Assembly: GCF_001194135.2 (NCBI RefSeq)
Contig: NC_069002.1
Coordinates: 22,670,606 to 22,734,166 of the forward strand
Source of the DNA: Octopus bimaculoides
Taxonomy: Eukaryota
Direction of reading: 5' to 3'
Length of the DNA stretch: 63,561 nucleotides
Part shown: positions 31,968-43,560 of the stretch, piece by piece
Layout of the letters: every line of letters starts with the position of its first letter
Numbering within the stretch: the stretch's first letter is position 1
Made by a program: the position numbers and the translations under genes
The notes under the pieces: model-generated
Told to the model about the DNA's origin: nothing
What the model saw: the letters and a program-made list of their open reading frames with translations, nothing else
Databases searched by the model: none

Positions 31968-32224
31968 CAGTGTTTGTAGCCATTTTCTCTTGTGCAATGA
32001 GAACTTTTTCAGATCCGTTAATAATAAAATATCCACCTGGGTCGAGTGGACATTCATTCAACTCTGTCAAATCACGATCTGTGAGACGATTGAGAAGGCA
32101 GTAAGTCGAGCGTAACATAATTGGGATTTTACCAATGAAGGTCTTCTGATGTTGAGTTTCAACTGGTTCTTCTCCTTCTTTGATGACAGTTTTCGTGATG
32201 TCAACGTAGAGAGGTGCCGAGTAA
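31968..32224 (-). CDS. POLR2B: RPB2 exon 4 (257 nt)
   Basis: ttttag|TTACTCG...AACACTG|gtatgg; [12 protein letters not shown]...[23 protein letters not shown]. Confidence 0.95.
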
Positions 32225-33588
32225 CTAAAATTAAACAAACAGCAATATCAGTAATGAATATCATCATCATCATCATAATCTCCACCACTACCATTTAATG
32301 TCCACTTTTGCATGCTTGCATGGGTTGGATGGAATTTGTTGAGATGAGTTTCTAAGGTCAGATGCCCTTCCTGTTGCCAACCCTGTCTTCAAGCAAGGGA
32401 ATATTTGCTCCACAACCAGACATGTTTTCCATGGAAGATTGGAAACAAAGGACACCACCTTCATGATGGTGACACTTGTGTACTACTGTCATGTGATGTC
32501 AAAACACAGAGACAGTAATATGCACGCACACACACATACAATGGACTTCTTTCAGTTTCCACCAACCAAATCCACTCACAACACTGGTTGACCAGGGGTT
32601 GCATTAAAAGACTTTTGCCCAAGATGCCATGCATTGGAACTCACAATCATGAGGTTGGAAAGTAAATGTCTTACCACACAGCCAAACCTGCACCATCTAT
32701 GGAGCAGATATAATAAGGTAGGGAAGAAATATTTCTTATCAGACACTTCTGCTCATTCATTGAAAATACTGAGTGTGTTGTGTTTGACTAAATTTATAAG
32801 GGATACTGAATGACTGGCCAAGAAGTAATTTAGTAAAGCAGATGCCATCCCAGGATGACTTAAATTTATATTCCAACCGACCAGGACTATTTTATGGTCA
32901 GTATTCCAAAATTTGTGGAACTACCCATAATCAAGTGTTTTATTAATTTGTAGTGTTAAATCTAATTCTCAGGACTGGAATGGGAGAGAAATGATTTCTG
33001 TCAGGCTGTATTATCCGAAATTTATTTATGCAAAGGACAAATCTTTGGAGGTCTCTCGTTGTGAAAATTCAATAAACAGAAGTGGTGAAATGGTTAAGGT
33101 GGTTGGCTCATGACTGTTTGATTCCTGGCAGTGCATTGTGTCCTTCAGCAAGACACTTCATTTCACATTGCTCCATTCGACTCAGCTGGCAAAAAATAAG
33201 TTGTACCTGTATTCCAAAGGGCCAGCCTTGTCACACCTGAATTCCTCTGAGAACTACGTTATGGGTATGCATGTGTTTGTGGAGTGCTCAGCCACTTGTA
33301 TGGTAATTTCACGAGCAGGCTGTTCCACTGATCAAATCCTGGAACCTGGTTCAGTTCGGAGTAGGTCCTTAGCTGTACCACTTTATTTTGTTGCGAAAAA
33401 ACGTAGTGGCTTTTCTCAATTTCTTCATTCTAACTGTAAATGTTAACTAATTGTTTAACAAATATGAAACATTTAAGTTACCATCACACATCCAAAACAA
33501 ACCACTGCCGCCACCGCCACCACCATCATTGCTGTTACCATCTATTATCATCATCAGAGTAAAAGATAAAATAAATCCCAACAACTTA

Positions 33589-33759
<171 letters not shown>

Positions 33760-35052
33760 CTACAACATTACCCAAAGACTGGGTCTTTGGATTAATTTGT
33801 AGCATATTCTAGCAATTACGGCTATTCATTCATTCATTCATTCCAAGCCTTTCTTCAAACGAACATAAAATTTTTGAAGTAAAAAAAAAAAAAAAGGAGA
33901 AAAGTTGTTTGAGGGATATAAAAGGATACAGTGAATGAGAGGAGTTAATTATAACGAAGCAGACAAGATTGAGAAATATTAATTTCTTTTGATTAATACA
34001 ACAACTTGTAGGAAACAGGTTCAGCTGATTGAAATGGCTCTAGTGTCATCACTTGCTCTAATAGGTTCAGGTCTGGTTATGTGGTTCAGAAGCTTGCCTA
34101 CCAATCATGTGGCCTTGGGTTCAATACCAGTGTGCACCACTTTGAGCAAGTGGCTTCTATTATAGCCCTGGGACAACCAAAGATTTGTGAGTGGATTTGG
34201 TAAATGAAAACTGAAAGAAGCTGTTCTATGTGTGTGTAGTCTTGTCTTCATATCATGAGATGATTGTAAACGAGCATGATATTTGTTTACAGTGCTTCGT
34301 GATAAATATGCTGGGCCATTGGGAAACATTCACCTGGCTTGGAAACAGGTGAGGGTTGATGACAGAAAGAGTGTCCAGCTGTAGAATATCTGCTTCAACA
34401 AATTCCATCTCACCCATCTGCATGGCACCTCAGGCAAGTAACTTCTACTGTAGCCCCAGGCCAACCAAAGCATTTTGAGTGAGGAAGGCTGTCATATATG
34501 TGTGTGTGTGTGTGCTTGTCCTTCACTTGACAGCTAGTGTTGGTTTGTTTATGTGTCCGTAACTTAGCAGTTTGACAAAAGTGTCCAATAGAATAAGTGT
34601 CAAACTTCTATTTGTTCACTGTTTCATTAATTGTCATAAAAGCCTGAGAAGTAGTTTTTGGGGGGAAATGACAAAATAAGGAACTGGCCTTAAACATACG
34701 ACAAATGTAACCAGTGGCTCAATTCTGCTTTTCTTTCTTCTGGGCATGAGTCAAACAGTTTTACTTTACAATTGAATGATGTTCTTGTTGCTTCTTAGAA
34801 CAAGCAGGTATGTAGTATACCTCTTCTAAAACTGGAGACAGTAAATTTACAGCCACACAACATTTGAAGTTTATCAGCTTACATATAAAACTAGAGAATT
34901 CAGTGAAGTCTAAGATCGATGAAAATGAAGGAATTGGGAGACAGATGTAGTCTTAATGTTTCTGTATTTTGTAAAGGAAAGGAATTTGTGATATCAGTGA
35001 AGTAAGAATTCAAACTGGGGCACTGACTTGACTCATTGCCGATAATTTAAAG

Positions 35053-35317
35053 AAGAGGTTCTCAACCATTTTTTATCTATGCATCTCTTTGATTACTATT
35101 TTATTCTTGTGGACCCCCAAAGCTATTCAATATTTAAAAACTAGTTTTATAAATAGTTCTTTCAAAATTCATTTGTCTAAGCTGAACTATATAAAACATC
35201 AGAGAAAGAAACTTGTTTCTTGCATTAAATATATCTGAAGCAAAATTTTTTCATTTACCCATAACCTACTACTGTGGACCCCTAAACATCTTTCAGGGAT
35301 CCCAGTTGAGATTCTAT
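35053..35317. mobile_element. hAT-like MITE, decayed; related pieces near 7290-7340 and 9444-9650
   Basis: ggttctcaac...gttgaga ends resembling CAGTGGTTCTCAA TIRs. Confidence 0.4.
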
Positions 35318-35449
35318 CTTATGGGAAAAGAGGGAGTTTAAAACCTGCCAGAATATCAGATCATATTTGACTCATGGTGGTTTCATAACTAAATATCAAT
35401 TTACATATTGTTTCAAACACATAGAAACAGAAGAGTTTTTATTACTTAC

Positions 35450-35676
35450 AGGTGTCTCGATTATGCCTGATGTATGCTGTGCCTCAGCCTGCAGATCAAT
35501 GGCAGGGGAATGCTCAACAATTCGCTGTACAGACATCTGAATGAATTCATCGAAGGAATCCAGCTGTTGCCTCACCAAACCCTTTTCATCAAAGTATGAA
35601 CTGATGACGATCCAGCAAGCTTCTTGCCACAGATCTGGGGTAATTTCCTCTCCATCTTCTTCCTCCAGTACAGGAT
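35450..35676 (-). CDS. POLR2B: RPB2 exon 2 (227 nt)
   Basis: ttttgatag|ATCCT...ACACCT|gtaagt; [22 protein letters not shown]...SGIIETP. Confidence 0.95.
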
Positions 35677-36855
35677 CTATCAAAAAAATTTAAAAAAACA
35701 TACTACTATCATCAAAAATGACATAAACCATAAAGAATAACAGAAAGGCTCCCCTTCAATAGCCACGATCTTAATATCAAGATCGATGCAGCTGGTTAAA
35801 TACATAGGATAAAATTTGGAATATAAGGTGATGGTCTGTGTTGGAAACAAAGCTAAGAAAACTGAAAAGTGTTTGAAGGTGTTAATAAATTTAGTTGCTG
35901 TAAGGACAAGTTTTTCAACTGGTCTGTTATCATCACCAGCACAACACTGAAGCTAAGTTACTTAACTCTCAAACATTGACAAATGTTCTGTGAGCTTGCA
36001 ATGGTTCAGTCCAATTAGCTGCTAATATGTACCATGATGTGGCACAGCTTGCTACTTCAGTGACAAGCATAATGTTAACTTGTAATACAGAGTTCAAATC
36101 CTTCCTGTACAAGCCTTCGGTGTGAGTTGATATAAAATGCACATAAATGTATTTTTAAAAGGTATCTCTTCAAAACTATGTAACATGAAATAGACCCTTA
36201 CCTAGACACAAAGTGCACTTCTATCCCTAAAATGTTACCTCCAGTAGGATTACTGGTACTGATTAATTTTCAAAAGGACATTCTAAACACTTTCCTCAAA
36301 CCATCCTCTCCTGCCTTTTTCTGTTTCAATCATCAACAGGCAAGAATTTAAACAACTGCAGTGACCTTATGAAGTGGGAATCTGATACTACTAATACAAC
36401 CCACTATATATTCTCTATGGTGGTTGTTTGAGGAGGTAGAAATAGCAGCCAAATTTTCTCAACTCACATTGTCTTAAACAATACAAGAAATTGGATGGAT
36501 TAATCTTAAATCTACAAGATATAAGATGAACATGACCAGAAAAAACACTGGTCTGCTTGGTCAGGGCTGATCTGTGAGTAAATGACAACATTTAACAGGT
36601 GTGGCTGTGTGGTAAGAAGATTGCTTCCCCACCACATGGCTCTGGGTTCAATCCAACTGCATGGCACCTTGGGCAAGTGTCTTTTATGACAACTTTGGGC
36701 TGATCAAAGTCCTGCGAGTGGATTTGGTAAACAGAAACTGAAAGATGCCAGTTGTATATATATATGTGTATATATATATATTTATATATATATATATATA
36801 TCTTGAAAAAAAGTCGTCAGAATTTTGGAATAACTTCTTTCATTTATTTTATACA

Positions 36856-36897
36856 TATATTAGCGCTTTCGTTCGTCTTTCGAACTTGTCAAATATA
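36856..36897 (-). ncRNA. Minimal type-I hammerhead ribozyme motif, left arm of foldback (sense to POLR2B pre-mRNA)
   Basis: Exact reverse complement of 37274-37315. Confidence 0.65.
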
Positions 36898-37273
36898 ATT
36901 CTGTGAAAATACAGAGATCTTGCTTATTTATATAAAACAGGTGTTTTTTTGGGTTTTGTTTTTTTGGGTTTTGTTTTTTTGGGGTGAGGCTTTGGAGACA
37001 ATGGAAGATGTATAAGCAGATAGATAGATAGACAGGCAGATAGAAAGATAGACCATTTCAATACAATAGCCCTTCTCTCTCTCTCTTTTACCACAACCAT
37101 CTCTCTATCTGTCTGACTATCAGTCTATCTATCGATCTCTATCTGCTTATACATCTTCCATTGTCTCCAAAGCCTCACCCCACAAAAAAACAAAACAATG
37201 TTCTGTTATAAACAAAACCCCAAAAAACACCTGTTTTATATAAATAAGCAAGATCTCTGTATTTTCACAGAAT

Positions 37274-37315
37274 TATATTTGACAAGTTCGAAAGACGAAC
37301 GAAAGCGCTAATATA
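37274..37315 (+). ncRNA. Minimal type-I hammerhead ribozyme motif (U3:A8 variant), right arm of foldback
   Basis: TATAT-TTGACAA-GTTCG(AAAGA)CGAAC-GAAA-GCGC-TA-ATATA: 5-bp stem I, 5-bp stem II closed by G-C, palindromic AGCGCT stem III, CUA cleavage triplet. Confidence 0.65.
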
Positions 37316-37553
37316 TGTATAAAATAAATGAAAGAAGTTATTCCAAAATTCTGACGACTTTTTTTCAATATTTAATTCTGTACATCACACCTAACACTCT
37401 ACACACACACACACATATANNNNNNNNNNNNNNNNNNNNNNNNNNNNNNNNNNNNNNNNNNNNNNNNNNNNNNNNNNNNNNNNNNNNNNNNNNNNNNNNN
37501 NNNNNNNNNNNNNNNNNNNNNNNNNNNNNNNNNNNNNNNNNNNNNNNNNNNNA

Positions 37554-37655
37554 ATCCACTGACCCAATGGTTTCCTATGGTTGCAGAACTGTTTCCGGAG
37601 GGAAACACAACTTTTCAGGATGATAATGCACCAATTCACACAGCTAAAGTTGTTA
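37554..37655 (+). mobile_element. Tc1 transposase fragment
   Basis: VAELFPEGNTTFQDDNAPIHTAKVV, adjacent to a gap. Confidence 0.75.
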
Positions 37656-38419
37656 TTGTAAAGTTGCTAGTAGGCATCCACCCACAGAACCCATGTAAAA
37701 GGAGACAATGGGGCCAGGTGCATCTCTCTGGTTAGCCAGCTCCCGTCAAACCATGGAACCCATGCCAGCACTGAAAATGAACGTTAAATGATCAGCAACC
37801 ACTTTACAGAATGTACTGTAAAGGTCCATTGTGAATTTCTTTGAGAGTCTGATATTGTCAAAGACATCTCGATCGAGAATAAAACAGTGAAGTAAGCAAG
37901 AGAACACAAACCAGAGCATTTTCAGGTAATTTCTTTTATTAATGAAATACAAGGGATCATATCAGATCCCTTGGTATCTGATACAGCCCTTTATTTATGC
38001 CCTTGTGACACCAGTCACCATACTTTTTCTATTATGTTACTATCAATACTCATCATTTTTTAACCATTGTCATCTTGACCCTGCTAAACTGCCATTTCCA
38101 CAGATATGGCCACATTTGGGTTGGACTGAGGACTGGCGCAACTCATACAAGCATGGAGAGCAGACAACAAAATGATGACCAAAAGCACTTTTTGGTTAAA
38201 ATACACAAAAGATAAACACGCAGGAAATAATAAAAGCAATTTGATTTCTTATATATGCATCATAATTTTAACATCTATTTTTTCATGTTTGCATGGGTCA
38301 GATGAAAATTAATGAGGAAAATTTCATATAGAAGGATGCCTTTCCTATCACCAGCCCTTAACTGTTTCCAAGAAAGGTAATATTTCCCCAAGCCCTTCAA
38401 ACATGAACAGCTCAATGGC

Positions 38420-38830
38420 TCTTTTACTCTTTTACTTGTTTCAGTCTTTTGACTGTGGCCATGCTGGAGCACCGCCTTTAGTTGAGCAAATCGACCCCAG
38501 GACTTATTCTTTGGAAGCCTAGTACTTATTCTTTCGGTCTCTTTTGCCGAACCGCTAAGTTACAGGGACATAAACACACCAGCATCGGTTGTCAAGCGAT
38601 GTTGGGGGGACAAGCACAGACATACAAACACATACACACATACATATATATATATACATATATACGACAGGCTTCTTTCAGTTTCCGTCTACCAAATCCA
38701 CTCACAAGGCATTGGTCGGCCCGAGACTATAGTAGAAGACACTTGCCCAAGATGCCACGCAGTGGGACTGAACCCGGGACCATGTGGTTGGTAAGCAAGC
38801 TACTTACCACACAGCCACTCCTACGCCTAT
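38420..38830 (-). mobile_element. tRNA-derived bipartite SINE family B, well-preserved copy; others ~2075-2662, 6000-6160, 19020-19165, 24018-24265, 27530-28140, 28850-29405, 29830-30170, 36595-36760, 38900-39240, 46170-46330
   Basis: gagtggctgtgtggtaag A-box, ggttcagtccc B-box, ggcaccttgggcaagtgtc core, internal (TA/TG)n, second module ending gagtaaaagagtaaaa. Confidence 0.85.
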
Positions 38831-39934
38831 AGTTTTCATAGAAGATTGCAAAAGAATAATACCACTTGTATGATAGTCGGAAACTTTTATGTGGTGTCTC
38901 GACGAGAAGCTTGCATTCCAACCATGTGATTCCAGGTTCAATCTCACTGCAAGACACTTTGGACAAGTGTCTTTGACAATAGTCTTGGGCTGACTAAAAC
39001 TTTGTAAGTGGTTTTGTAGATGGAAACTGAAAGAAGCCTATCATATACACACAGATGTGTATTTTTGTGTTTGCACCCCACTAGTGCTTGACAACTGGTG
39101 CTGGTGTGTTTACGCCCCTATAATTTAGTGATGCAATAAGTATCAGGCTTGAAAAAAGAAAAGTACTGGAGTCGAGTCATTTGAGGCAAGTGTTCCAGCA
39201 TGGCCGCCGTCTAATGATTAAAACAAGTAAAAGATAGAATATACACATACACATACGACAAGCTTCCTTTAGTTTCCATATGCTAAATCCTCTGATTTGC
39301 AGAATCATAGAGGAGGGGAGAAATGCAGCCCAAGCTGTAATTTAAGAGAAAAAGGAAACAGACATAACACAGAATTGGAACCAAAGGCATCAAGCTTCTC
39401 TCCAAATATAGGAACTTATTCTTTCCCCATTGTGCTTGCCAAAAAAGGGCAATATTATTCTGATTAGGTGAAAACATATATATCGTAAGGTAACATATCC
39501 TCATGAGCAGACATGACTAAGTATTATCTTGGAAACAGGTGAAGGTTGGTGACAGAGATCACCTCAACATATTGGTCGGGCTCCAATGAGAGTGGAAATG
39601 ATGATATCACATGAACAACCAGATAATCGAATGTTGTCATAATTTGTTGGTCACAATGCGCTTTGCACCATTTTAGCTTCTGAATGATGCCACCTTGTTG
39701 GCTAGGTAAGCAGGCCAGTATTTCTCCTGATTGGAAGGCTATTCCATCACAGAGTTACCCAGTTACAGCCGAGTGGACTGGAGCAACACAAAATGAAGTG
39801 CTCTGCTCAAGAACAACATAATGCACTCCTCGGTCCGGAAATGGAACCCACGATCAAGTGATCATGAGTGCAACACCCTAAACAACAAGCTACTTGACTT
39901 CACTATATATATATAATATTAGGGAAAAATTCAT

Positions 39935-39985
<51 letters not shown>

Positions 39986-40051
39986 CCACATGTGGATCAC
40001 TGGCGATTTTTTTCCTCCGTCTTCCTTTTCTCTTGGACTTTCCTGTCTCCT

Positions 40052-40086
40052 GTTTCTGAAGAAGAGCTTTGCTCGAAACGTAAAAC
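40052..40086 (+). ncRNA. Minimal hammerhead-like motif, Penelope-type
   Basis: GTTT-CTGAAGA-A-GAGC(TTT)GCTC-GAAA-CGTA-AAAC: 4-bp stem I, 4-bp stem II, palindromic ACGT, GUA triplet, one extra A after A9. Confidence 0.6.
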
Positions 40087-40229
40087 TACCTTTCTTTAGC
40101 TTCCCTGAGTATCTACTAATATTTTGCATGAACCACATCCTCATATTGCTGTTTTTTGTTTTGTTTTTTCAGGGGATTAATTACACACACACACAGGTAT
40201 GTTGATGCAAACATGAAAGATAGAAATCA

Positions 40230-40460
40230 AAGGCGGTGAGATGGTAGAAACGTTAGCACGCCGGGCGAAATGCTTAGCGGTATTTCGTCTGCCGTTACGT
40301 TCTGAGTTCAAATTCCGCCAAGGTTGACTTTGCCTTTCATCCTTTCGTGGTTGATAAATTAAGTACCAGTTACGCACTGGGGTCGATGTAATCGACTTAA
40401 TCCCTTTGTCTGTCCCCTCTATGTTTAGCCCCTTGTGGGCAATAAAGAAATAAGAAATCA
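40230..40460 (+). mobile_element. tRNA-derived SINE family A, best-preserved copy; others ~5293-5510, 8060-8280, 12058-12510, 18720-18950, 24470-25105, 25860-26075, 49780-50220, 56630-56840
   Basis: ggcggtgagatggtagaa (A-box-like) and gagttcaaatt (B-box); shared body ctttgcctttcatcctttcggggtcgataaattaagtacc. Confidence 0.85.
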
Positions 40461-40540
40461 AAATGAGTATATGTATATTTTTATTAATATTTAGCAGAAG
40501 TAACAGTGATTCAAAGTCTGAGAGTTGCTCCTGCTGAATA

Positions 40541-40589
<49 letters not shown>

Positions 40590-42836
40590 ATACGTTTATG
40601 AATTTGAGAATGGATTAAGCAGAGCAAGAGGACACACGTAGATGGAAAGGATTGCTGAAGAGGTCACAGATGTGTGATGAAAGATTTCTGGACAAAGGAC
40701 ATAGGATAAAATAAGAACGGTAATAAACATGTGGAGAACGAATATATAATGCGTAATGAAATGGTTTAAAACCAGGGACCCAGTTCAGTCGCATGTCAAA
40801 AACAACATCTATGGGTTCTATTGTTTTTTCATTCTTCCACAACGTATTAAACTGATATTTACATAGAAAAAGCACACCATAGTATATTTTGATTGTATTT
40901 ATTACAATATCAATGGCGTGGCTTAGTGGTTAGGGTTCTCGGCTAACGATCGTACGGTCATGAGTTTGATACCCCGTGGAGCATTATGTCCTCGAGCAAG
41001 ACACTTTATTTCATATTGCTTCAGTCCACTCCGTGAGCAGGACCTGTAATTCTAAGTGGCCAGCCTTAGCCACAATAGCTGTTACGTTGAATCTCCCCTG
41101 AGAACTACTTTAAGGGTACACATGTCTGCGGAGTGCTCAGCCACTTGCACGTTAATTTCACGAGCAGGCTGTTCCGTTGATTGGAGCTACTGGAACAATT
41201 GTCATAACCGATAGAGTATCAGTGTAAAGTCTGGTGGATTTTGTGGAGAGGTTGGTCGGAACATAAGTAACGAAATACTGCATGACACTTTGCCATTTTC
41301 CAATGAGAGATAAAATAAACGTTGTAACAAGCATCAATGTTTTGAAATCGGCTCTTGTTACCATTAATCTTTCTCTGACATTCTCTTATATTTATCTACC
41401 ATTAGTGACGACTAAAATAAATAGATACAAAAAAAAAAAAAAACTCAGAAGGAAATCTATTTAATTAGCTTCAGTTATTCTTCTTCAAGAATTCTAGCCA
41501 TATACGAATTATTCCTCGTTATCTAAACGTTGGTATTTGTGACAACATTGCTACTAATATTACGGACCTAACTACGTATATACACATCTCTCCCGACCGT
41601 TTCCTCACAGCTTTCACAAATATAGATATTTCTTCATGAAATTTTCTATAAACACCTTTCAGACGGCGTAGATTAAGATTATATCGGAATTTTATACACA
41701 CACACACACAAAAAAAGTAGTCGTTTTCACATTACGTATTATTTTTCCGGATTTCAAGTTTCATCTTGTGGATATGTATGTCTGTGCGCGCCTATTAAAT
41801 TCTTTTTTTTTTTTTTAACATTAAATTTCGATATAACCATAACTGGAAGAAAATTTCACTGAAAAAATTACTCCATTTTCTAAAAGTTATAAGGAAACAA
41901 AGTCAACTCGTGTGAATTACCCGAAGAAACTCCTCTCCCCAGCCGCAGAAAAAATTTTCACAACGAAATCGGAATCTACACCACCTGAAATGTTTTTGCC
42001 CAAGAGATTATCTTGACAGTGGTATTTTTGACAACATTGCTAAATAATATTATGTAGTACACCTTCATTACAATGACAGTCCGATGTTTTTTCTCTTATA
42101 TTTCAACGTGTGGTTTATCATAATCCTTAAATCTTTTATTATAAACATAAGGACCATCGAGAAAAGAACCAGGAGCTTAGAAAGGTAACCCACATTAACC
42201 AAGTTGCCAAACTACTATCAGAAAGACCAAAAGAAAACGAGTACCTGTCCCTATTGTTATTTTGATTCATTATCCGCCAACCCTGTTCCTCTATTCAAGT
42301 GGTTCCAATTTATGTAAATGTTTTGGAAAGGCATGAAGATCACAGCTCTTCTCATGCACTAATTTAAATGTTAAACTTCTCTTTGCTAATGGGGGAAAAA
42401 AAAGAGATGAATTGTTGATGCCACAGAAATCTTGGCGCTAATTACAGTTTAACAGAAATGTTCTCATCCAAGCTTCATTTGTAATAGCAATTGCTTTAAT
42501 TAATATTGTCCTCGAGAAATGCATGAACAACACTGCATCCCTACATGCATATATATTTCGAATATATTCTTTGCTTTGAGCAATTGTTTCTGCGGCTTCC
42601 ATCACTTTCTATGTAGCTATGTGGGTTTATTGTAAACATGTAAAAACACGGCGAAATTCCGTGGATCTTTTAAATAAATGGATTTTTTTAAGAAATTTTA
42701 ATGAAAGAACAAAGAGAATTAACGTTAAAACTATGTGAAAATAGGAAAACTACACGAGAAGTTTTCGATTTATGATTAATTATGAAACAATGTTGTTGTA
42801 AGCATTTGAAACATCAATACAAAATGGAAACATTAC

Positions 42837-42855
42837 CTTCTTCCTGTCCGTACAT
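42837..42855 (-). CDS. POLR2B: RPB2 coding exon 1 (19 nt, MYGQEE+G, phase 1)
   Basis: ATGTACGGACAGGAAGAAG|gtaatg; joins in frame to exon 2 (G|AT = Asp); resembles the MYDADED start of vertebrate RPB2. Confidence 0.85.
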
Positions 42856-42928
42856 ATTTATAATTGAAAATTAGTTGGATTTCTAATGATGTTAATGGAA
42901 GAAAAACCGGATGAAATCGAAGTGGTTT

Positions 42929-43078
42929 TTATAAAAGATGGTGGTGGATTAGATGGAAGATAATAGGAGAATCCGACAAAAGCGACATATAATATTGAGT
43001 AGCCATTTTTGTTGTAGTAATATGAGATAGAGGTGGTAGGAGGATGGAGTGGAGTGGCAATGGTGGGAGCAGTGACAT
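42929..43078 (-). promoter_or_regulatory. Candidate upstream ORF (49 aa) in the putative POLR2B leader
   Basis: Three in-frame ATGs (43078, 43006 in aaaaATGG context, 42988); TAA at 42931-42929, 73 nt before the main ATG. Relevant only if the TSS lies upstream. Confidence 0.35.
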
Positions 43079-43319
43079 AGTTAGGGTAGGAGTTCAGATA
43101 TAGTAATGATGGGTGAGGGTGCGTATAAGGTGAAAGTGAAAGAGTAATAAGAGGGGGTGATAGAGGGAGTAATTATATAAAAATAGAATGGTGATGATGA
43201 GAATTTTGATAGAGTAATAGTTTGTAGGTGGAAGTAGTAATATAGTAATAGGGTGTTAGTGGTAGGAATAGAAGCGATATAGTAATAGATTGGTGGTGGT
43301 AGTAATACAGTGGTGTTTG

Positions 43320-43560
43320 TTGTCGGACGTGTAGTAGAAAATGAACGGAAGCGAACTCTTTAGTATGAGGCGAAAGTGCGGGAATGAGAGGGAAGGTGTG
43401 TCAATAGAGAAAGTAGCTTTTGAGAGAGAGAGAGAGAGCGAGCGAAAGATGTAATAACATTATTTAGTGTAGCTCTCTCTTTTTATCAAAACTGTATGCA
43501 CACCGTCTCTACAGCCAGTCAACATCGTTTGCGTGCCGACTGACAGTTGAGGCTGTTGTT
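43320..43560 (-). promoter_or_regulatory. Putative POLR2B core-promoter region
   Basis: Locally CpG-rich, TATA-less sequence with an ETS-like CTTCCG(T), pyrimidine tracts and (GA)n, upstream of exon 1; TSS cannot be fixed from sequence alone. Confidence 0.35.

Larger units (their letters stand above)
36803..37368. repeat. 566-bp foldback with ~220-bp inverted arms, probable head-to-head Penelope-like pseudo-LTR remnants
   Basis: ttgaaaaaaagtcgtcag...ctgacgactttttttcaa; outer ~140 bp perfectly complementary; each arm carries a hammerhead motif. Confidence 0.9.

Noticed and set aside
40230-40320. tRNA-like A/B boxes in SINE heads (also 24020, 59555)
   Set aside because: No complete cloverleaf, and they continue into SINE bodies; not called tRNA genes.
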